64,000 nucleotides of DNA from Eubacterium sp. (GTDB lineage: Bacteria; Bacillota; Clostridia; Oscillospirales; Acutalibacteraceae): positions 29,283 to 93,282 of the forward strand of contig JAFLRZ010000007.1 in the NCBI GenBank assembly GCA_022511225.1. Reading direction: 5' to 3'. The stretch's first letter is position 1; every line of letters begins with the position of its first letter. This document shows positions 1 to 9,806 of the stretch, piece after piece. The position numbers and the translations under genes are program-made. Under the pieces are notes generated by a model. The model made no database searches. It was given only the letters and a program-made list of their open reading frames with translations, and was not told where the DNA came from.

Positions 1-419
1 TTTTTGCCATTTGACAAAAATTCATTGGGCAGATTTTTCCAAAAATTACCGGTGAAAAAGCCGTATTTATAGTCATTTTCTAACTTTTCAATTATAGAAA
101 TATTATTTTCTAAAAATTTTACATCTTCAACACAATAAAAGGTTGGTCGCCAGCTTGTTTTATCGAATGTTTTGAATATTAAATGTGATGCAAATGTAAA
201 TTCATCTTGTATTTTTTCAAGATCTTCAATTGTAAGACTTGGTCCGTTTCCTATAATAAAACAGCGTTTGCCTTTGTACTTATCTTTGAAATTTTTAATA
301 TTACTACCGTAATTTTTGTTTACATATAATCTATGATAATTATGTTTTAAATTATTCTTTAGCTTACTTGCTACCATTACAATAGTATCTGGCAATAACT
401 TTTTTATAAACTTTTTCAT
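1..419 (-). CDS. DUF115 / MptE-like (Maf-type) glycosyltransferase-like protein, partial (runs off left edge; absent from ORF track)
   Basis: Manual translation from ATG at 419 (RBS GGAGG at 423-427 on minus) is open to base 1: MKKFIKKLLP...KYKGKRCFIIGNGPSLTIEDLEKI...SWRPTFYCVED. KRCFIIGNGPSL is typical of DUF115/Maf and Cst-like transferases. Confidence 0.75.
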   Translation of the reverse strand, partial: MKKFIKKLLPDTIVMVASKLKNNLKHNYHRLYVNKNYGSNIKNFKDKYKGKRCFIIGNGPSLTIEDLEKIQDEFTFASHLIFKTFDKTSWRPTFYCVEDVKFLENNISIIEKLENDYKYGFFTGNFWKNLPNEFLSNGK

Positions 420-447
420 TATTCCTCCGAAAAATAGGATCAATCTG

Positions 448-1467
448 TTACAGATTTCCTGTCATTCTTTTGATTTTTCTTACAATTCTAAATACGTTAT
501 CATTAAAATAGAATAAAGAATATAAAGAATTTCTTTTTTTATACAAATCATTATCAAGTGCATTATATTTCTTTGCTTCTTGATATGTTTTATTATAATC
601 CTTTTTTATTTTTGAAGATAATTCTTTGTTTTTATAACTGAGTTTAGCAATATAGTAGCGATCAATCTGGTAGTCTAATAAATCTATGTATGCATATTTA
701 ATTAAATTTTTGTCAAAATTATTTCGAGCAAAATAATTCACTCTTTCTTTCATCGCATCTATAACATCTAAAGACTTAATTATCTCTTTGCTACTGTTGA
801 TGCTGCGCGTAATGCTGCTTGGTCTATAGACATAATAGTATACAAGTTTATCTATATATGCTATTTTGTTGCATACAGATATAATCTTGTATGTAGTGAA
901 TGTATCTTCATTAATTTTTCCTATCGGAAAACGAATATTATCAAACAATTCTTTTTTATAAAGTTTACCGCAAGCATTGATAAAAGCAGCTGAAATATCT
1001 GTTTGTGAAAATAAATTTACATAATAATTATTCCAGTAATCAGCTTCATTAAAAACAAACGTATTTTTTGAAAAAACTTTTTTCTTAGTTCTGCCATTAT
1101 TAGTTTCAATATATCTTGCAACGGCAAGGTCGCATTTGTTTTCAAGCAAAGTTTTTAATAGTATATCTACACAATCATAGGATATATAGTCATCACTATC
1201 AACAAATAAGATATAGCCGCCTTTTGCTATATCAAGCCCTTTATTTCTTGCAGATGATAGTCCGCCGTTTTCTTTGTGTACTACCTTAATTCTACTGTCT
1301 TTTTCTGCCCAAGCGTCACACATTTGGGGACAGTTATCGGGTGAGCCGTCGTCAACGAGTATAATTTCTAAATTCGTGTACGTCTGGTTAACGATGCTTT
1401 CTATACATTTATCAAGATATTTTTCTACATTATAAACCGGAATGATTATACTAACAAGCGGTGTCAT
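448..1467 (-). CDS. GT2 family glycosyltransferase
   Basis: N-terminal SIIIPVYNVEKYL...ILVDDGSPD...NGGLSSARNKG...FVDSDD GT-A signature. Confidence 0.93.
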   Translation of the reverse strand: MTPLVSIIIPVYNVEKYLDKCIESIVNQTYTNLEIILVDDGSPDNCPQMCDAWAEKDSRIKVVHKENGGLSSARNKGLDIAKGGYILFVDSDDYISYDCVDILLKTLLENKCDLAVARYIETNNGRTKKKVFSKNTFVFNEADYWNNYYVNLFSQTDISAAFINACGKLYKKELFDNIRFPIGKINEDTFTTYKIISVCNKIAYIDKLVYYYVYRPSSITRSINSSKEIIKSLDVIDAMKERVNYFARNNFDKNLIKYAYIDLLDYQIDRYYIAKLSYKNKELSSKIKKDYNKTYQEAKKYNALDNDLYKKRNSLYSLFYFNDNVFRIVRKIKRMTGNL

Positions 1468-1507
1468 ATTTTACTCCTTAATATAACAGGAATATACGAA
1501 TTAACTC

Positions 1508-2512
1508 TTATAAATTTCCTGTCATTTTTTTGATTTTTCTTACTATTCTATATAGATAGTCATTAATATAAAACGAGAAATAAAGTATTCTTTTTTTTTG
1601 ATAATATGGCTCATTTGCAACATTGCTTTTCAAAGCCTGTTTATAATAATATCTGAAATACTTTTTTGACAGTTTTACCAAATTTTTATTTTTATAGATA
1701 AACTTAAAATCAAAATAATACCATAATATATTATCAAGCAATGAAAGAAAGGATAAATTCAAAAAGGATTTTTTATTTTCTATAAAGTAATTTTCTCTTT
1801 GAACAAGTGCTTCGAGCGCATCGGCAACACTGACAAAGCTCGGTTTGTGCATTATGCTGTTATCATTTTGGATATAATAATAAAATTTACTGTCTAAAAA
1901 TGCAATTTTATTACATTTTGAAATCAGCTTATGGATAATAAATTCATCCTCATGATATTTGCCTTTTGGAAATCTTGCAAAATCAAAAATATTTCTTTTT
2001 ATAAGCTTATTGCAAGAGATTATTAAATTAACCGGTATAAGATATTCACTTTTTAATGTCAAGGAATAAACCTGCTCCCAGTATTCATCTTGAGAATAGA
2101 CAAACGTTTCGCCTGAATACTCCGATTCTTTCTCAATTCCGTTATGCACTTCAACATATCTGCCGATAGACATATCGCAATTGTTAACAATTGCAACGTT
2201 ATACAACTTTTCTATAGTGTCACAAGCAATATAATCATCACTGTCGATAAAATATACCCACTCGCCGTTACAAGCTTCTATCCCGCAATTTCTTGCATTT
2301 GAAAGACCGCCGTTTTCTTTGTGTACTACCCTGATTCGACTGTCCTTTTGCGCCCATTCGTCGCACATTTGGGGGCAGTTATCGGGTGATCCGTCGTCGA
2401 CAAGTATTATCTCTAAATTTGTGTACGTCTGATTGATAATGCTTTCAACACATTTATCAAGATATTTTTCTACATTATAAACCGGAACGATTATGCTGAC
2501 AAGTGGATTCAT
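1508..2512 (-). CDS. GT2 family glycosyltransferase (paralogue of 448..1467)
   Basis: Same GT2 N-terminus; FIDSDD; GKYHEDEF; C-terminus RIVRKIKKMTGNL nearly identical to the neighbour. Confidence 0.93.
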   Translation of the reverse strand: MNPLVSIIVPVYNVEKYLDKCVESIINQTYTNLEIILVDDGSPDNCPQMCDEWAQKDSRIRVVHKENGGLSNARNCGIEACNGEWVYFIDSDDYIACDTIEKLYNVAIVNNCDMSIGRYVEVHNGIEKESEYSGETFVYSQDEYWEQVYSLTLKSEYLIPVNLIISCNKLIKRNIFDFARFPKGKYHEDEFIIHKLISKCNKIAFLDSKFYYYIQNDNSIMHKPSFVSVADALEALVQRENYFIENKKSFLNLSFLSLLDNILWYYFDFKFIYKNKNLVKLSKKYFRYYYKQALKSNVANEPYYQKKRILYFSFYINDYLYRIVRKIKKMTGNL

Positions 2513-3495
2513 ATTTTACCCCTTTTTTTAAGATAAATCAAATAAAACAACTTAAACAGTTTTGGACTAAAAGATATCGTTTTTATGCTTAATTTATTTA
2601 TCTTCGATATATCTGCGATTTGTAAAAACTCTTTTGAATACTGCTTAATTTCGTCAGTAATTTCTTTGTAATGCTTTGCAATTAACTCGTGATTGTTACT
2701 TTTTAGTAATTCTCTTAAACAGCAAAGTAATTCACTTTGGTATTTTGCTAATCCAGTGTAATAATTACGTTTGTTATCTTTCTCTGCAAGCATAATTGCT
2801 TTAATATTTTTCCATCTGCTTATTATATTGCTATTTGTGCTTCTCATAACTGATTTATCGTGAAACACGTAATTATACAAGACATCAGTAATTGATACAA
2901 GCCTTTGAGCTTTTTTTAATGCATAATAATTAAAAAGCAAATCTTCTCCAACTTTTATATCTGCATTGAATCTAATATTGTTTTTTATAATAATTTTAGA
3001 TTTGAACAGTTTATTACAAGTACTTGTAGAATCAAATAAATTTCCGAAAATAAAATTATTTAACAAATCATCGCCTTCAACAAGTGCAAAAGGCGATGAG
3101 GTGATTTTTATGACCTCACCTTTATCGTTAACGTGGGTATTATTGCAAACAACAACATCTGCGTTATTATCACTAATTGATCTGAGCAATATTTCATACA
3201 TATTGAGTTTACAGTAATCATCACTGTCTACAAAGCCTATATACTCACCTTTGGCAATTTCAAGTGCAGAATTTCTTGCTGATGATACTCCGCTGTTAAC
3301 CTTATGTATTACCTTGATTCTGCTATCCTTTTGAGCCCATTCGTCACACATTTGGGGGCAGTTATCGGGTGAACCGTCGTCGACAAGTATTATCTCTAAA
3401 TTCGTGTATGTCTGATTGACAATACTTTCTACACACTTATCAAGATATTTTTCAACGTTATATACGGGTACGATTACGGTAATTAAAGGTTCCAT
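2509..3495 (-). CDS. GT2 family glycosyltransferase
   Basis: VIVPVYNVEKYL, LVDDGS, GFVDSDD, GEDLLFN motifs. Confidence 0.93.
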   Translation of the reverse strand: MEPLITVIVPVYNVEKYLDKCVESIVNQTYTNLEIILVDDGSPDNCPQMCDEWAQKDSRIKVIHKVNSGVSSARNSALEIAKGEYIGFVDSDDYCKLNMYEILLRSISDNNADVVVCNNTHVNDKGEVIKITSSPFALVEGDDLLNNFIFGNLFDSTSTCNKLFKSKIIIKNNIRFNADIKVGEDLLFNYYALKKAQRLVSITDVLYNYVFHDKSVMRSTNSNIISRWKNIKAIMLAEKDNKRNYYTGLAKYQSELLCCLRELLKSNNHELIAKHYKEITDEIKQYSKEFLQIADISKINKLSIKTISFSPKLFKLFYLIYLKKRGKI

Positions 3496-3505
3496 ATAAA
3501 AAATC

Positions 3506-4468
3506 CTATCTGAAATGTTTTATAGCAAATTTATAGCTCATTGGAGAAAGCCAAAGAAGAAACGTTCTTAATTTAGTAAGCTTGGAGTAAATCGGTGAAG
3601 TGAGTATTTCCCTTTTATGTGATATAATTCTTTTTCTCATTTTAGGAAATCTGTCTGAATACTTATTATCTAAAATCATCTGACGGATTGTCCTGAAGGA
3701 TTTGAGCACGTCACCTTTTATACAATAAGGCATTGTATCAGCATCAGCTAATGAAAAGATAACGTCCATGACTCTATGCTCGTCAAAATTATTTTCGTTA
3801 ATCTCGTTATGAGTAATGGAGTTTGTATTGAATATATAATGATAGCGGTTAACGTCGTGGTAGACCATTTTTTTTATATTCCCTGCTACCATAAAATTGA
3901 AAAGAGTATCTTCGGCAAATTTATACTTTGTATCGAATCGAATGTCACCAATACATTCGGCTTTATACAGCTTATTACAAGGACTTACAGGGAGGATTCC
4001 CAATGCCTCTCCGACATCTGCAAGAATCTGTTTGTTGTCTACAACTCTTATGTCATAATTACCCGTGCCCCAGTCCTCTGTTGAGCCATCGTCAGCCTCT
4101 CTGACGATACCGCAACGAGCCGCATCCGCATTATTCTCTATTAATTCATTAAGCATTATCTCATACATATCTAAATCAAGATAATCATCAGCATCAACGA
4201 AAGTTATGTACTCCCCTGCTGCAACATCAAGTCCTGAGTTGCGGGCTGAGGACGCTCCGCCATTTTTCTTGTGGATTACTATAATTCTGCTGTCTTTCTC
4301 TGCCCATTCGTCGCAAAGCTTTGGAGTATCATCGGTTGAGCCGTCATCAATAATGATTATCTCAAGATTTTTGTATGTCTGATTAACGATACTTTCAATG
4401 CAATGATTGAAATACTGACCGGCATTATACGCCGGAATTATTACACTAATTAATGGAGTTTCCATCAA
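3506..4468 (-). CDS. GT2 family glycosyltransferase
   Basis: VIIPAYN, IIDDGSTD, FVDADD, AEDTLFN motifs. Confidence 0.92.
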   Translation of the reverse strand: MMETPLISVIIPAYNAGQYFNHCIESIVNQTYKNLEIIIIDDGSTDDTPKLCDEWAEKDSRIIVIHKKNGGASSARNSGLDVAAGEYITFVDADDYLDLDMYEIMLNELIENNADAARCGIVREADDGSTEDWGTGNYDIRVVDNKQILADVGEALGILPVSPCNKLYKAECIGDIRFDTKYKFAEDTLFNFMVAGNIKKMVYHDVNRYHYIFNTNSITHNEINENNFDEHRVMDVIFSLADADTMPYCIKGDVLKSFRTIRQMILDNKYSDRFPKMRKRIISHKREILTSPIYSKLTKLRTFLLWLSPMSYKFAIKHFR

Positions 4469-5406
4469 CGATTACTCCTTTTTATTGCTGAATTATAAAG
4501 TGTTCTTGACAAGCTGAGCACAAAGGTCTTTAACTTATCTGTTTTAGAATACATAGAAGAGGAGAATATGTTTTTTTTATATTTAAGTATTGTATTTCTC
4601 AGGTAATCATATTTATCAAGGCAATTGCCACTTTGTATTACTCCGCTAAGAACAACAAAGCACGAGCTGACTAAACCTCTGATTGCGTATTTTTCAAATT
4701 CAGTTCCCTGTTGTTCTTTCAAAATTATCTCTTTTGAATAAACTGCATCAAATGCACCTGCTCCAAATTCCCCGTGAACCGTACTGCCATCATTTTGGAT
4801 ATAATGGTAAAGCTTGTCATCGCACTCAACTACTCTATTCGCCTTCTTGAAAGCATAATAGTTGAACACTAAATCCTCGCAGCAAGCAAAATGGGGCATC
4901 TTAATATCTGCTATAAGAGATTTTTTATAAAGCTTATTCCACAGTACTCCGTATTTGTAATCACCAGTAGCAACCATTTTCATTGTATCAAAATAAGAAA
5001 CAACGCTTACATTTGATTCCGCTTCATCTTCAACGTTTATCTGGTAACCGCAAACTGATATATCGGCATCAAATTCCACCATATTTTGATAGAGAATTTC
5101 AAACTGATTTTTTTCAATATAATCATCACTGTCAACAAAGCCGACATATTCGCCGCTTGCATTAGTAAGGGCAAAATTCCTTGCATTTGCAACTCCGTTG
5201 TTTTCAATATGAAATGCTCTTATTCTACTGTCCTTTTGAGCCCAGGCATCACACATTTGAGGGCAGTTATCGGGGGATGCGTCGTCTACAAGAATAATCT
5301 CGAGATTTTTGTACGTTTGATTTACTATACTTTCAAGGCATCTGTCAAGGTACTTTTCAGTTTTATAGACAGGAACAATGATACTTATTTTAGGATTATT
5401 ATTCAT
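4465..5406 (-). CDS. GT2 family glycosyltransferase
   Basis: IIVPVYK, LVDDASPD, FVDSDD, CEDLVFN. Start placed at ATG 5406 (AAGGTG upstream); the ORF-track start is 5433. Confidence 0.92.
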   Translation of the reverse strand: MNNNPKISIIVPVYKTEKYLDRCLESIVNQTYKNLEIILVDDASPDNCPQMCDAWAQKDSRIRAFHIENNGVANARNFALTNASGEYVGFVDSDDYIEKNQFEILYQNMVEFDADISVCGYQINVEDEAESNVSVVSYFDTMKMVATGDYKYGVLWNKLYKKSLIADIKMPHFACCEDLVFNYYAFKKANRVVECDDKLYHYIQNDGSTVHGEFGAGAFDAVYSKEIILKEQQGTEFEKYAIRGLVSSCFVVLSGVIQSGNCLDKYDYLRNTILKYKKNIFSSSMYSKTDKLKTFVLSLSRTLYNSAIKRSNR

Positions 5407-5432
5407 TATTTTCACCTTAAGTCGAATAGACA

Positions 5433-6446
5433 TTACAAAAATCTTCTGAGTAGTATGCTATACCAATAAAGCAGTTCAACGCTTCCGCCGGCAAAAAACT
5501 TTGCTAAAAATTTTGTGTGTATAGGTAAAACGGAATAGTCAACTGATTTAACTGCATTGATGACATCTGCGTTTTCGGCAAATTTTCTTAGTGTTTGCTT
5601 CTTTTCTTTTTTGCTTTTATTGCAGTTTTTATTTGCCTCATTGCGAACAATTCCGTTGACCATATACAAAATATAATAGCTTAACGAATTTGAAAAATTA
5701 TAATCACTGTTTTCAAATGCCGTTTTTAAAATATCGATAGGAATCATTATTGTATTTTCTAAATTACTGTCATAGACGTTTGTCATAGATTCGGAATTTT
5801 CGCGATAATGATACTGCGGAATATCAACGTAAGATATGCTGTTTGATTCTATTAAACAAGGATAAGTAAATGCTGCATCTTCACCGATTTTGATTTTTGG
5901 CGTAATCTTGTACAGGCACTTTTCTAAAAGCTCTTTTTTGTACACCTTTGACCAGCAGCAAGGGTTAACACCAAAACGGTAATAAGTGCCGTTAAACAGC
6001 ATTTTGGGGTAAACGGTATCAATAAGCTCTTTTTTGTTATAATATTCTTTTTCAAGATTTTGCTCGCTTGCAATTGACTTGTCAGGATAGTCATAATAAA
6101 ATTCGCTGCATACCATATCAGGATGATATTTTTCTATAGAAGCAGCAAAATACTCATACATATTAGCTTCTATCCAGTCATCACCGTCAACAAACCCGAT
6201 ATAATCCCCTGTCGCTACGTTTAAACCTGCCTGACGGGCAGACATAAGTCCTCCGTTTTCTTTGTGAACAACCTTAATTCTGCTATCCATTTTAGCATAT
6301 TCATCACAAATTGCAGGGCAATTATCGGGTGAACCGTCATCGACAAGTATAATTTCTAAATCTCTGTAGGTTTGATTGAGAATACTGTCTATGCACTGGT
6401 TTACGTACTTTTCAACCTTATAAATCGGAACAATAATGCTAATCAT
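5433..6446 (-). CDS. GT2 family glycosyltransferase
   Basis: IIVPIYKVEKY, LVDDGSPD, FVDGDD, GEDAAFT motifs. Confidence 0.92.
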   Translation of the reverse strand: MISIIVPIYKVEKYVNQCIDSILNQTYRDLEIILVDDGSPDNCPAICDEYAKMDSRIKVVHKENGGLMSARQAGLNVATGDYIGFVDGDDWIEANMYEYFAASIEKYHPDMVCSEFYYDYPDKSIASEQNLEKEYYNKKELIDTVYPKMLFNGTYYRFGVNPCCWSKVYKKELLEKCLYKITPKIKIGEDAAFTYPCLIESNSISYVDIPQYHYRENSESMTNVYDSNLENTIMIPIDILKTAFENSDYNFSNSLSYYILYMVNGIVRNEANKNCNKSKKEKKQTLRKFAENADVINAVKSVDYSVLPIHTKFLAKFFAGGSVELLYWYSILLRRFL

Positions 6447-6456
6447 AGTTAAACCC

Positions 6457-7656
6457 CTAAAACATTATCCAATAAAGCGAGCTTCCGTTACACAAATACC
6501 AGAAATGAACTGCCGTATAAGCAACGTATATTATATAAGCTGCTGACCTTGTTTTTATTCGAATAGACTGCTTTGTAGGTGAATAATAAGTAAGCTTTGT
6601 GAGCCCCTCTTTGTTTATCTGATTTCTTTGTATCTGCATTCCAATCATAAATAACAATGCACCGATTAAAGGTAATATCCACCTTGCAAATCTTACGAAA
6701 ATAAGACCGCTTAACATACATCCAATCATAAAATAAACGGTGCTTGACGCATATTTATAAAGTCGTTTCAGACTGCTTGTATAATCGCTGTTCAGGAAAT
6801 AGTAAGACACGTATATCAAAAGTATCGTGACGATTAAAAGCACTGTGATATTAACCCTGAACATAGTACCTGTTTCAAGAGAGTCGCCTAAGCCGTGATT
6901 TTCCGCTTTTCCTGCCATAGATTGAATAAAATCATTATCAGAAACTTCTGACAGGTATCTGATTAATACACCACCGCCTGAAATACTAAATACAAACACG
7001 AAATTCAAAAACTTTCCGCTTGTATTCAGGGTTAATTCAGTAACGATAACTAATAAAACGGGCAGTATTCCGGCAGAATGAGTCAGTGCGGCTAAAACGT
7101 AGCCTATATAACATAGTATGAAATGCTTTCTTTCTACCAGATGCTGATACGAGCACGCAAAGGCGACTGCAAAAGCAAGTCCGTTTCTTGTTCCGCTTAC
7201 GGTGTCATAGTACCAATACGTTGAAATAAAAAACATTGATGCAAGAAACAGGTGTATCTTATTGACATTGAATCTTACAGATGCTTTATATATACAGTAA
7301 AATCCGAGTCCGTACACTATAAACATCGTAGTAAAAGGCAGCCAGTGGTTGTTTGACAGTTTACTTAAAAAATAAACGTAATAAGCTGCAACCCTGTACG
7401 TATCAAAATCAAACTGATCCTCACGAATATACCTTTGAAGCCCGTCATAGCCTTCGACTCGCATTTCGTTCAGCGCCTTAAAATATCTTGAAAGGTCATC
7501 TGAATCATACGGTGTAATATTAAAGGCTAAGACTGCAAAAAGCACCGTAACAAGCAAAAAAGGAAGCCAAGAAAACTTTTGAGGAGTAATCCAATATACA
7601 ACGATGAAAATAGCAACTATTACTAAGAATACTTCAATTGCTGTTAATCCGAACAT
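6457..7656 (-). CDS. EpsG-family / Wzy polysaccharide polymerase
   Basis: About 10 hydrophobic segments; D-x-x-R-Y near the N-terminus, RNGLAFA and LTHSAG motifs typical of EpsG/Wzy; located in a GT cluster. Confidence 0.72.
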   Translation of the reverse strand: MFGLTAIEVFLVIVAIFIVVYWITPQKFSWLPFLLVTVLFAVLAFNITPYDSDDLSRYFKALNEMRVEGYDGLQRYIREDQFDFDTYRVAAYYVYFLSKLSNNHWLPFTTMFIVYGLGFYCIYKASVRFNVNKIHLFLASMFFISTYWYYDTVSGTRNGLAFAVAFACSYQHLVERKHFILCYIGYVLAALTHSAGILPVLLVIVTELTLNTSGKFLNFVFVFSISGGGVLIRYLSEVSDNDFIQSMAGKAENHGLGDSLETGTMFRVNITVLLIVTILLIYVSYYFLNSDYTSSLKRLYKYASSTVYFMIGCMLSGLIFVRFARWILPLIGALLFMIGMQIQRNQINKEGLTKLTYYSPTKQSIRIKTRSAAYIIYVAYTAVHFWYLCNGSSLYWIMF

Positions 7657-7677
7657 ATATTGTTAACTCCTTTCAAA

Positions 7678-8796
7678 TTATTTTAAATAAATTTTTTCAA
7701 GCTTTTTGCAAACGTTTTTTATGCTGAATTCCTCTAAGACTTTATCGTTGTTTATTTCAGCTCTGTCAAGAGAGAGCATTTTTGTTATTTCGTCACACCA
7801 TAAAGCAGGATTTTCTTTTATCGATAAAAACGAAAGAGCATCGCTCAGCTTGACGTCAGGCGTTACTGTATCGGAAACTATGCACGGCAATTTTGCCGCT
7901 TGCGCTTCGATAAGTGTCAGCGGAAAGCCCTCGTGAATTGATGGGAACACGAAGCAGTCCATAGCAAGCATAAGCTCGGGAATATCATCTCTGAAGCCTA
8001 AAAACTTCACCTTGTCATCAATTCCTAATTTTTTTACTTTTGCTTCGAGCTTTTCTCTGTCCCATCCGTCGCTGACTAACAAAAGAACCGAATCGGGATT
8101 ATCCTTTTGAAATTCGAAAAACACGTCAATCAAATAGCTATGATTTTTGACGTAATACATATGACCGACATGACCGATAGCCGTTTTATTTTCGACTCCG
8201 AGCTCTTTTCTCTTTTCGTTTCTGATAGCCGTATCGTAAGCATATACGCTTGTATCAATTCCGTTGTTAAGAACGGTTCCCTTTTTGTTAAACGCCTTTT
8301 TGCCAACGAGATAAATGCCGGATTCTCTACTGCACCCTATAACATCTGTTGAAAAACAAGCCATTACTTTTCTCATTATCGCCCTGTAAGTATTAGCAAA
8401 AAACAAATTCAGCTTTGAGTTGCTGAAAACAAGAGGCTGAGAAAAATGAGAATGTGATATTCTCTTTTTAATCTTTGCTTTCCACGCTGCTGCCATTACA
8501 ATACCGCTGTAAAAGGGCAAGTGGCAATGAACAATATCAAAATGCTCGTTCTTGAACAAATCCGAATAATATTTGTAACTCTTTATGTAATTTAGTTTAT
8601 CATCAGGCTGATGAATAATTCTCACTCCGGTCTGCTCAACAGTCGGTTCCAACGGTCCCTTTCGGCTTCCCCGTACACAATAAATACATTCAAATTCATC
8701 CTGATTAAGATTCTGCTGAAGCCTTATTGCAGCCAAGTCAGTACCGCCGTATTGTATTGCGTCGCATACAATTAAAACCTTTTTCTTTTCACTCAT
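7678..8796 (-). CDS. GT4 (GT-B) glycosyltransferase
   Basis: GGT near the N-terminus, DIVHCH, and C-terminal FPSIHEGFPLTLIEAQAA (E-x7-E). Confidence 0.9.
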   Translation of the reverse strand: MSEKKKVLIVCDAIQYGGTDLAAIRLQQNLNQDEFECIYCVRGSRKGPLEPTVEQTGVRIIHQPDDKLNYIKSYKYYSDLFKNEHFDIVHCHLPFYSGIVMAAAWKAKIKKRISHSHFSQPLVFSNSKLNLFFANTYRAIMRKVMACFSTDVIGCSRESGIYLVGKKAFNKKGTVLNNGIDTSVYAYDTAIRNEKRKELGVENKTAIGHVGHMYYVKNHSYLIDVFFEFQKDNPDSVLLLVSDGWDREKLEAKVKKLGIDDKVKFLGFRDDIPELMLAMDCFVFPSIHEGFPLTLIEAQAAKLPCIVSDTVTPDVKLSDALSFLSIKENPALWCDEITKMLSLDRAEINNDKVLEEFSIKNVCKKLEKIYLK

Positions 8797-8802
8797 ACAA
8801 GC

Positions 8803-9795
8803 TTACCCCCGAACCTTAATATACAGATTCCCCAATATATACAAAGCAACTCTCAATCTATGTTTTATACACAACCTCATAATGAAATGGACGATATCAC
8901 TATATCCGTATCCGCCTTTATAGTCAGCGTAAAATTTATCACAGAGAATGCCTATTTCCTTTAGTACATCTTTTCTGCTCAGGCTTTTATCTTTAATTTC
9001 TTCCATAACGCAAGTGCCGAAGCTGTCAACGTGAAGCTTGTCCCAAACTAAAAGAAGTTCATTCTTCTCTTTTTCGGAAAATTTCGAATTAATAATATCA
9101 TCGTAAACTGCATCGAAAACGGCAGGATAAATATTAATTAAATTTTTCTTGCGGCCACGTGACAACGAGTTAAAATCACGCTGATCGTAAATGTATATGG
9201 CAGTATTAATAGCAGTAACCTTTTCGCATAATAAAAGATACTTAACTCCAAAAGCAAAGTCCTCGGCAGGAACAAATTTTTTGCCAAATCTCATATTATA
9301 TTTTTCTATTAATGCTCTGTCAAAAATTTTTGAACAGGCGCTGTTAACAGTTCTTGATGAAATCAGATACTTAGCTTTTTCAAACATCGAATGACTGTCA
9401 TCTAAATTCCTGATTTCTCTTTTATACGTCTTTTTTAACTGTTCTTGTATATAAGTGAATACCGTTAAACTATTTTTTTCAGCGTGCTTTTCTATTTCGT
9501 CAAAATAATTTGAGGAAATATAATCATCACTGTCAATAAAAAGAACAAAATCGCCCTTTGCTATATCAAGTCCTGCATTTCTTGCCGAGGATAATCCCCC
9601 GTTCTCTTTATGAATAACCGTTATTCTGCTGTCTTTTTTTGCCCACTCGTCACACATTACAGGGCAATTATCGGGTGAACCGTCATCTACAAGTATCAGT
9701 TCATAATCCGTATAATTTTGATTTACAATGCTATCTATACATCTGTCAAGATACTTCTCGACGTTATAAATTGGTACTATAACTGAGTATTTCAT
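8803..9795 (-). CDS. GT2 family glycosyltransferase
   Basis: VIVPIYNVEKYL, LVDDGSPD, FIDSDD, AEDFAF. Start at ATG 9795 (AGGTG upstream); the ORF-track start is 9810. Confidence 0.92.
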   Translation of the reverse strand: MKYSVIVPIYNVEKYLDRCIDSIVNQNYTDYELILVDDGSPDNCPVMCDEWAKKDSRITVIHKENGGLSSARNAGLDIAKGDFVLFIDSDDYISSNYFDEIEKHAEKNSLTVFTYIQEQLKKTYKREIRNLDDSHSMFEKAKYLISSRTVNSACSKIFDRALIEKYNMRFGKKFVPAEDFAFGVKYLLLCEKVTAINTAIYIYDQRDFNSLSRGRKKNLINIYPAVFDAVYDDIINSKFSEKEKNELLLVWDKLHVDSFGTCVMEEIKDKSLSRKDVLKEIGILCDKFYADYKGGYGYSDIVHFIMRLCIKHRLRVALYILGNLYIKVRG

Positions 9796-9806
9796 ATTAA
9801 CACCTA

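Noticed and set aside
1591-4578. A8-A9 homopolymers in GT genes (1591-1599, 3868-3875, 4571-4578) as phase-variation switches
   Set aside because: Short A tracts encoding Lys runs are expected in AT-rich genes, all frames are intact, and there are no long G/C or dinucleotide repeats.
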